Assembly (NCBI RefSeq): GCF_006345805.1
Contig: NC_043009.1
Span: 15,128,001 to 15,192,000 of the forward strand
Origin: Octopus sinensis
Taxonomy: Eukaryota
Direction of reading: 5' to 3'
DNA length: 64,000 nt
Shown: positions 55,248-64,000 of the stretch, in pieces
Layout of the letters: each line of letters begins with the position of its first letter
How positions within the stretch are numbered: position 1 is the first letter of the stretch
Translations under genes and position numbers: made by a program
Notes under the pieces: model-generated
Told to the model about the DNA's origin: nothing
The model's input: the letters and a program-made list of their open reading frames with translations, nothing else
Database searches by the model: none

Positions 55248-55298
55248 AGCTTCCTGAAGATTTCTCTTGAATGAAACAGTACTAGTCCTGTAGAAGCT
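55248..55298 (+). ncRNA. Type I hammerhead ribozyme, family D
   Basis: AGCTTC-CTGAAGA-t-TTC tctt GAA-t-GAAA-CAG tactagtc CTG-TA-GAAGCT: perfect 6-bp helix I, intact core, looped helix III, GUA cleavage triplet. Confidence 0.85.
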
Positions 55299-55303
55299 CC
55301 TTC

Positions 55304-55341
<38 letters not shown>

Positions 55342-55345
<4 letters not shown>

Positions 55346-55437
55346 CACTATTACACATAGATGCCTCATGCTAGGAGGGACTCTTAAAGTCAAAACTACT
55401 AAAACTAGCGTGAGGCATGGATGTGTAATAGTGCTCT
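55342..55437. repeat. About 96-bp hairpin with 33-bp arms
   Basis: agggcactattacacat.atgcctcatgctag ... ctagcgtgaggcat.atgtgtaatagtgctct. Confidence 0.85.
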
Positions 55438-55559
55438 CTATATAATATAAATAAATAAATTTATAGGGAAAAAAATGATGGGTTTTTCTCTTATGAGGTT
55501 TTTCACGCTAACTACTTGATAAATTCTTATAAAGATTTTATCCGATTTTTAAATTGTAC

Positions 55560-55679
<120 letters not shown>

Positions 55680-57349
55680 CAAAGCTATCTCTATGCACAT
55701 CAATTTGTTAGGAGAACCTAACATTACTTAAGGGGAGAAATCCAATTGTACTTAATTCGATGGGTAAATCCTAGATTCGGCATTATAACTGTATAACCGA
55801 GTGTAGATACAAGGGAATTACAATGAATGCAGAGATTAGTACATTTGCATATTTTCTTTTCCCTCTACAGTCAGTTATACAGCATATATGATGTAAATGT
55901 ATCCGATGCACGTTTCTGCTGCACAGGCCACGCGCAATTATACTTCTATCCGTCTACTTTCCAGTTTTCAAGGTCCATGCACTGGCCTGGTTTCAAGTGA
56001 AATAAGTGTATGTGTGTTAAGCTAGAACTGTATTTGTTTCTTTGTTTTTTCAAATATTTTTGTGTGCAAAGAATGGGTGAGAACGATTCAGAAAATGGCC
56101 ATAAAACTGCTATGTGGTCGACTCTATCCTGACTCTGGTTTTGAATACTTTTAATTAAATCAAAGTATCTGCTATAAAAACACTAGCCTTAGGTTGATTA
56201 TGAATTACTGAGTTTCAGATATTGAGTACAGTTACTGGTTACTAATTGAGATACACTTCAACATATCGGATATATAGAATTTACTACTGAGGCCAATTTG
56301 ATTGTGCAATAAAATGTTTACACACACAAAAAATAACCTGAAAGTATTTTCCAAATAAGTAATTTTAGTTTGAATTCACTTAGAGTGAAAGGTAGCTAAG
56401 TAACCCTAATCGAATAGTCACAAATTATTTTATATAGATTTTAACAAATTCTCACTAATCTCCAACTCCAATAATTAAGACAGCCTTACAATTAAATAGA
56501 AAAATAGAAATGCTAAGACTTTATTTTAATTCAATCAACTTACTTGATATTAGTTTCTTAATGTTCAAACAATATAAAATTCTCTTGCAAAGTAAACTAC
56601 CCAAGAGAAACAAAATTAGTTTCTACTCTATGCACAAGGTCAACGAGAAACAATATTAGTTACCCACTTCTTTCGATTTTTTAAATCTTTCCATTTAATT
56701 TATAGCATATTTAATTTATATATTACATTTAATATGAGAGGCAATGATGTGAATACATTCTGACCTATTTAAAATGTACTCTACTCCTAAGGGTAATAAA
56801 GGAAAGTGTTGTTTTTTTTGTCTAAAGTTGACACTGTAAGCTTACATTAGCCCAGAACTATAGACGTATCATATTTCATTACTATCTCTCCAAACATTTG
56901 CTCTAATCTTTTATTTTCCCTCGTCCAATATACACTTTAGTCATTTATAGCGAATACTTCTCAGAACCGTACGGGAAACACCTCAAATAAACTAGTTTAA
57001 GCTTATCAACCTTAGGATTTGAATGCGCATTTCAAATTAATTTAATAGTAATCAACTGAAAGCATAAAACTATCATATTAATGGAAGCTACGACACTTAT
57101 CTCACAGAAACACGAGTCGGAATATGAAGAAAATGCGTTAATAAATATATATTGAAGATGTAGTCTTCATTGTAAAGTCTTGATTATATGCACTGTATTC
57201 TGCATGAAACCAAACGAGTTTACCAATCTAAAGACTTTACCAATCTAAAGGAGTACGGTGTAATTTCCTATCTTAAACGATTCTAAATGCTTCCTAACTC
57301 CTGACATTCAATATGTCTAGCAAAGTCTGGACATCTACCCGGTTTTCAA

Positions 57350-57433
<84 letters not shown>

Positions 57434-57449
57434 TATATACATATATAGA

Positions 57450-57483
<34 letters not shown>

Positions 57484-58341
57484 CACATATATATATATAC
57501 ATACTTGTATACATTTCTGTTTGGGCTTGATAGCATAATTCCATATGCATATACACAGTATCTCTCATATGCTTTTGTGTAGCTTAGTTATTCATGCTAC
57601 TGAAAATATGAAATAGGCAGAATCTATGTCTTCAAATAAATTCTAACAAGTTATCGTAGTGCACCTTTTCTTAATACCAGCCGAACTAGAAAAAGGCAAT
57701 GAACTTCTGCTTCAGAATCAATTCTGGAATGTTTATTTGCTATAGTTCCATAGTTACATTTTTTGTAATATAGTTTATAGTATTTTTAATGCGGAAAACA
57801 TCAATGAAATAATGTTTTATCTCACTAAAAAAGAACTAGATTGTGTTGCTTCCTTTAAATAAGATGAAAGTTAAAACGTAACACATTGAAATTTCGCTAT
57901 TATGGTAAGTAATATTGAGCTTTTAGATACTGAACTATTCAGCAGCAATGTTAGAGATAATAACTATCCATTCATAAATACACTCCATATACACACCTAG
58001 ACCTATATGCATGTATCTCTCTTGCAAACTCTCAACTACTCATATCTCTCTCTGTGTGTCTCTCTGTCTCTCTCTCTCTCTATTTATATATTAATATTTG
58101 CATTTATATTCACTTATAATAAAAGCAATTCTACATTAATCTATACTTTTTTTTAGTACAATATTATTCATATACAAAATGCTGTTGACAGTGACTTCGA
58201 AGTTTCGTCGCAAGTCCGACAATAGGTTAGCTGTCCGGAATTTCGAAATCACTGTTAATAACATTCTTGAATAATAATTATAATATATAGATATATATTT
58301 CCATGTATGTGTGAGTATTATAATTATAATAATAATTATTA

Positions 58342-58416
<75 letters not shown>

Positions 58417-58417
<1 letters not shown>

Positions 58418-58628
58418 ATGTGACCGTGTGTGTAACGTTGTCGATTTTTTCCTCCGTTTTCCCTTCTCTGGATCTTTCCTTTTCCTATGTTTCTGACGAA
58501 GAGCTCCGCTCGAAACGTTAAACCCTCCTTCTTCCCTTCTTTCCTGAGCGTCCAATAATACTATATTTGTTCCACGGCTTCGCATTGTTGTGTTTTCTCT
58601 TTGTGTTTTCATGTTTGGATTAACTTTA
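58417..58628 (+). mobile_element. Solo pLTR-like unit, family B
   Basis: Homologous to 11265-11465 and 60818-61020; lies between (ATT)n and (TA)n. Confidence 0.75.
58489..58523 (+). ncRNA. Minimal hammerhead, family B, intact core
   Basis: GTTT-CTGACGA-a-GAGC tcc GCTC-GAAA-CGTT-AAAC; helix III is a loopless palindrome (AACGTT). Confidence 0.78.
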
Positions 58629-59224
58629 TATATATATATATGTAGGTATGTATGTATGTAATTATCGAACGATGAAATGAGTGCTCAACACCGCATTGAT
58701 GGATATATAATTTCTTTATTTATACACACACATACACACACACACACACACATACACACACACACACACATATTTATATATACATAATTCCCCGACCCTA
58801 AAATGTAAGTCTGCAGGGAGCACTGGCACTGTTAGTGAGAGATTCCTTAGCCACAAAATGTACATGTTCTATTTAACTGACAAGGGATACATTCCTCCCA
58901 CCACAGGCGAGGTGACATACTAATTTCGTGGAGAAATTCATACTCATCAGTAATAATTACTCTAGCGCGAGCGGTAAAGCTGAAATTACGCCTGTCAGTA
59001 CTTATAGATTTTATCATAGTACTAAGTGGCTGATTCCGAAAAATGGTAATGTGAAAATTATAAGATAATTTATGTGACTAGACGCAATTTAAAAGCCAAA
59101 AGATATAATTCAGCGTCACTAGAAAGTGACCAAGGTTACAGGGAGCACCACCATTGCTAGAGGTAAGAGTCTAACTTAATTATTTTAAATATATATGTCT
59201 GTATGTATGTATATATATATATAT

Positions 59225-59608
59225 ATAATAAATATTAGGGAATGAATCCAAAATTACAGGGAAAAATCAGATTTAGGGTTACATCCAATTTTATAGTAAA
59301 ATATTATATAATATAATTCGAGACAAAACCACTATTTTAAAAACAAACAAGGAAAGACTTAATCAATACATAAAATTTTAATATAAATTAAATAAACCGC
59401 CACTACAAATGTTTCATGTCTGCTACCGACAATCTTCAGGTGGATTTTCGATCTTCTAATCAGTATCAAATTTTGAAGTCAAAATTTGATACTGATTAGA
59501 AGATCGAAAATCCATTTGTAGTGGCGGTTTATTTAATTTATATTAAAATTTTATGTATTGATTAAGTCTTTCCTTGTTTGGTTTTAAAATAGTGGTTTTG
59601 TCTCGAAT

Positions 59609-59612
<4 letters not shown>
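59225..59612. mobile_element. pLTR-like foldback: palindrome of about 300 bp (59312-59612) centred near 59477
   Basis: Arms are near-perfect reverse complements (ttttga-ag-tcaaaa at the apex) except that the right arm lacks the hammerhead core. Confidence 0.85.
59400..59443 (-). ncRNA. Type I hammerhead, family E
   Basis: Reverse complement CCAC-CTGAAGA-t-TGTC ggtagca GACA-t-GAAA-C attt G-TA-GTGG. Confidence 0.82.
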
Positions 59613-59686
<74 letters not shown>

Positions 59687-59707
59687 ATATATATGTATGT
59701 ATGTATG

Positions 59708-60670
59708 TTATATATAAGAGTTATTGGTATACAGAAGATCCAAGGTAGCAGGTAAGGCTATGGAAGGGCCGTAATTAAACTCTCGGTTAGATAATAATAG
59801 AGATAGGAGACTAATGCGGGTCTCGCATGAGCATGTATATGTTAAATAAAATGAGACAACAGAGCCACAGTTGTGTAGAATGTTCAGGACATTTATAAAG
59901 AGGAAGTTAGTCATACAGCTGTTTCTGGGATATCAGGGATATCCCTTCATCAGAGACGATGTGCGGCAGTTAAATGGAGGGAAATAGGAGAGTTCAATAT
60001 AATGAGTTATTTTGGAAAAGCATGGAAATAAGAAGTATGAAGGGAAATAAGAGAATAAGAGTAAAAATTAAAAATATATGTTGGTTGTTATAGTTGGAGT
60101 TCCATTCTTCAAAGATAGTGGTGTTTAGAAATGGTAGAATTGGATCTTGTCTGTGGAGTGTAAATTCCAATAGGATTTCATATTTTGTTATTATAAATGG
60201 TAAGTGTGGAGACGTATATTTCATGTGCTGTTCATTCAAAAGGTTCTTGTGGTGTGAATGAAAGTTTGAGAACATAACGGTAGTATTCAGGAGATAGGGA
60301 GGAGAAGAGATGTGTATGTTAAAATGAGAATGGTCTAAATGAATAGGTGAGGAAAGAAGAAAGAAAGAAAGAAAGAAGGAAATAGTAAGAGAAAATGAAC
60401 AAGGAGTGTTAGAAGGTGATCAAGATATTATGAGAGGGATGGGAGAGAAGTAGGCGAGGGATAGAAAGTCAGATAGTAAGGAAGGGATTTGTGTTAGGAG
60501 TGTGAGATGGGATGATATATTCGAAAGACACTAAGGTGGAGTGATGGTACAGAAAATGGTACTAATGTGAGTAGTAAGCCTCAAAAAGGGAAGAATAATA
60601 TGATGGTCAAGTTTCCAAAAATAGACGAGGTGCTTATTGTACTAGCTAATGTGATAGTAGGGCTGAAGAA
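59708..60670 (-). mobile_element. Decayed PLE 3' region with pLTR-like tail
   Basis: Weak linker-like (IILPFL...STIFCT) and endonuclease-tail-like (TKYEILLE...PFLNT) peptides upstream of a hammerhead; ends at (TA)n. Confidence 0.5.
59910..59957 (-). ncRNA. Minimal hammerhead, family F
   Basis: Reverse complement GTCt-CTGATGA-a-GGGATATC cct GATATCCC-a-GAAA-CAGCTG-TA-tGAC; 8-bp helix II, palindromic helix III, first helix I pair mismatched. Confidence 0.75.
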
Positions 60671-60817
60671 TCAGAGAGATAAAGAAGAATATGTATATAG
60701 ATATACGCACGCGTCCACACACATACACATGGATACATATACAATAAACACATACATACGCACACACACACACACACACACGCATATGTATATATATATA
60801 TATATACATATACATAT

Positions 60818-61020
60818 GCGACATCGTGTGTACCGTTGGAGATTTTCTTTCTCCGTCTTCCCTTCCTTGGCCCTTCCTTTTTCTATGTCTCTGAAGAAGA
60901 GCTCCGCACGAAACGTTAAATCCTCCTTCTTTCTTTCCTTTCCTGAGCGTCCAATAACGCTATACTTGTTCCACGTCCTTGCATTTTTGTATTTTCTCTT
61001 TAGTCATGTTGGGATTAATA
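60818..61020 (+). mobile_element. Solo pLTR-like unit, family B, with an eroded hammerhead at 60887-60921
   Basis: gtct-CTGAAGA-a-gagc tcc gcac-GAAA-cgtt-aaat; mismatches in helices I and II. Confidence 0.72.
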
Positions 61021-61037
61021 ATATGATATATATATAT

Positions 61038-61104
<67 letters not shown>

Positions 61105-61111
<7 letters not shown>

Positions 61112-61246
61112 CCCGGGTTGAGTCGGGGTTAACCACAGTAAATAAGGTACTCAATACATAGCAGAGTAAATTAATTTATTTTATAGAAGAAAGCTTCCTG
61201 ATGATTTCATTTGAATGAAACAGTTCTAGTCCTGTAGAAGCTCCTT

Positions 61247-61252
<6 letters not shown>
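61105..61252. mobile_element. About 150-bp collapsed family D unit between (TA)n tracts
   Basis: Tail equivalent to 54225-54317 fused at AGCTTC to the plus-strand hammerhead equivalent to 55248-55310. Confidence 0.8.
61192..61242 (+). ncRNA. Type I hammerhead, family D
   Basis: AGCTTC-CTGATGA-t-TTC attt GAA-t-GAAA-CAG ttctagtc CTG-TA-GAAGCT; differences from 55248 fall only at N7 and in loops. Confidence 0.85.
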
Positions 61253-61285
<33 letters not shown>

Positions 61286-62840
61286 TAGGATATTATAACA
61301 CATATATACATTTGCATACATATATAGGTATATGTATTTATACAAATATATGTATATATGTGTGTGTGTGTACATACATATACACACATGTACGTGTATA
61401 AGAGGTTGAATCTGGATTCGTCCTTTAATTGGAGTTGTTTCCAAAAATACTTCTAAGATTGATATTTCTAACTTTGCTGAGATTGTACTGGTTAAATTGG
61501 CGAAGTAATATAAGAATATTAAGTCCATGATTAATTTATCCAAGCATATTTGTCAAAAATCGAGGAAATAAGATGTTAAAAGGTTGTAAGGAGTTTATTC
61601 ATGCAAACAATTATTTCGTACATAGATAGAAATTCATATTTTAATTTGGAAATTATCATAGTAATCATTAGTGCAAAGAAAAGATAATAGGAACATTAAA
61701 AAAGAACACATTAGTTGGATATATGTAAGTTCTATATTTATCTGTTCCTATCTATGTGTGATAGTGATTGAAAATCATGTCAATTATTAAACCACAACTA
61801 ACGGATGAACGGTTAAGGGATAATATAAATATAGAGATATCCATAACACACTGTAGATTAGTATAGATTTGCTAATTAACTTTCCATATATGCAACATAG
61901 AGCGAGTTAGTCATAGAAATGTTAATTTACCTGAGGTAAATTAAATCTAACCGTTATCAACAATACCCGGTATTTTTTTAAATAAAAAAATCATAAAGAG
62001 ATGAAGGAATTAAGTTTATCTTAATTGCTTTGATGTGACTCTACTGTATACTGTTTTCTCTCGCATCCTTTTTCTAATTCCCTTTTTTGCTTCCCTTCAT
62101 CGTTTTCTAACAGTTCCGTTCCTCTCTCTCTATCCCTCGTCTCTTTCCCTCATTCTCCGTTTCGTCTCTTGTTGATTACACGTGACCATCGTCCATCTTT
62201 CTCTTCCTCGCGTAATCATCTTTCTTTTCTTTTAGGACTGTAGTAAGGACAGCAAGTATCCTATCTCTCTCTTCTATCTTTTCTCCTTTCAAAGAAGAAA
62301 ATTAGTCCAGCTTTCGCTATTTTACCCTCGTTCTAGTCTAACGACCCTCCGTGTATGTTTTCTTCGGTTTATCTTCCCAACTTTGACGCTCTATAAAGCC
62401 CAAAATTTATTTGGATACTTATGGGAACAACTGTCTATGAAAACTCGTATTGTTGTTCAATGCTCGAAATGAGGAATAGATTGACAGCCGACAACCGATG
62501 AAGGGTCACTCCTTATGTTAGTTGCCCTGTCTTCCATTTGTTTCAGTCGTTGCTTGTGTATTGAACTCGTTTGTTTCCGTATTTCACGTTGTTTAATGAT
62601 GGTGATGCCCTGTACCCATATATGCATGTGTGTGTAAATATATATATATACCGTTTACTCTTTTACTTTTTTAGTCATTTGACTGTGGCCATGGTGGAGC
62701 ACGATGTATGTATGTATATGTATATCTATACGGCGTTCAATCAAATAATAATATAAATAATATATACATATATATTATTTACATTATTATATGATGGAAC
62801 GCCATGCATCTATTTCCAAAATAAGTTTTTATATATACAT

Positions 62841-62953
<113 letters not shown>

Positions 62954-63329
62954 CATTAGGTTGTGTGTGTATGTGGGCGGGATGGGGGTGTACTCATAAT
63001 TTCTATTTTCTGTCCTTCTCCGAATGTTTCTTCATAACAAAGAAAAATTAATAAATATTTGTTAAGATAGACTTTCAATGTTTGACATTGCCAATATATT
63101 GACCAAAATTTATATTTGCGATGTTATTCAGAAATAGAATGTCACATTTTAAATCTTTCAATAACTTGGTCGTGTTCGTTGCACAGAAATAATGATGTCT
63201 ATAAAACGAACGGAACACATTGCAAATTACTATCGGATGCAGTGAGTTCAACGTAAATTCATATTTTATTTTATGTCTTCTATTTACTGGTAAAGAAAGA
63301 AAAAAATCTCAACTGACGTGATGCCATAG

Positions 63330-63670
63330 ATACAATGTTGTTATATCTACCACCTCCTCAAACCAGAGAACTTATGTTTCGGCGTAGTCGAGAGGTAATT
63401 CAACATACCCATAAAAGCATGCAACCTTTCGACTCAGGCATAACTAGCACTATATCCAAAATTTATACACATCATCTGCTGCGGGCATGTCGACGTTGCC
63501 AACCCTTATTGTTGTAGATAATGACGATAACGGTAGATGTATTGAATAGGCTTGATAATAAATACTCTCAAGATTATTTGTTGCAATTTGTGTTCAAATA
63601 CAGTTTTCCTGTGATGAAGTATCCGTCTTTTCCTAAATTCATACAAATGCCCATCAGGGATCTGCCACAA
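63330..63670 (+). mobile_element. Possible RTE-like LINE C-terminal remnant
   Basis: ITVDVLNRL...KYSFPVMKYPSFPKFI loosely resembles the RTE N..VL.R...L.YFGHVMR..S..K.I tail. Confidence 0.3.
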
Positions 63671-64000
63671 CCTGTATATGGGTGTGTGCTGTGTGTGTAT
63701 GTGCGTGTATGCGTGCATGAGTGCATGTGTGCGTGCATGAGTGTGTGTGTATGTATGTGTGTGCCCACGTGTGTTTGTTCGTCTGTGTGTGTATATTGTT
63801 CCGTGATGGTAATCTCAACAAAAAGTATTCCATTTGTTGAGAGATGAATATCATTTAATAAACGCATAAATACTATAAGTTTTTATGTATTACTAAATGT
63901 TTCTTGTGCTTAGAATATGCCAAACATTGTTTACAACACGCCAGATAGTGCCCACGTGCCGTAACGAAATAAAAACAGGTTGTGCAAAATAAGCGAGAAA

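Larger units (their letters stand above)
54225..55310. mobile_element. PLE-like pLTR inverted-repeat structure between (TA)n tracts
   Basis: 54300-54582 and about 54945-55310 are inverted arms, near-identical outside the A/T-rich run, each with a hammerhead. The tail 54225-54299 recurs at about 61105-61180. No ORF is present, so the PLE assignment rests on architecture. Confidence 0.8.

Noticed and set aside
58915-58955. Minus-strand CTGATGA...GAAA
   Set aside because: Helix II has only 2 bp and helices I and III do not form convincingly.
62490-62530. ccgatgaaggg hammerhead-like start within a pyrimidine-rich repeat-like stretch (about 62050-62620)
   Set aside because: No GAAA or helix III follows; may be a decayed pLTR but this cannot be supported.

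Overview
AT-rich, repeat-saturated eukaryotic non-coding DNA, intergenic or deep intronic. The SINE families and microsatellite style suggest a coleoid cephalopod, probably Octopus; this is an inference. No intact host protein-coding gene is supported, and most ORFs in the track are microsatellite artefacts or broken transposon frames. The window is a mosaic of decayed elements. It holds about 7 coding remnants of Penelope-like elements (PLEs; GIY-YIG and/or RT motifs) plus several stand-alone pLTR-like units, an L1/Tx1 LINE, R4/Dong-like, CR1-like and RTE-like LINE fragments, and a Gypsy integrase with its LTR. It also holds Tc1 and mariner remnants, several MITEs, a Helitron-like end and many tRNA-derived SINEs. 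The main hidden signal is RNA-level: ten type-I hammerhead ribozyme motifs (CUGANGA...GAAA...UH) in six unrelated sequence families, all in PLE 3' ends or pLTR-like units and seven of them within 54.3-61.3 kb. One PLE carries a tRNA-like Pol III module directly upstream of its hammerhead. Several PLE copies are foldback palindromes in which one arm has lost the ribozyme core. All calls come from reading the sequence by eye, and boundaries of decayed elements are approximate.
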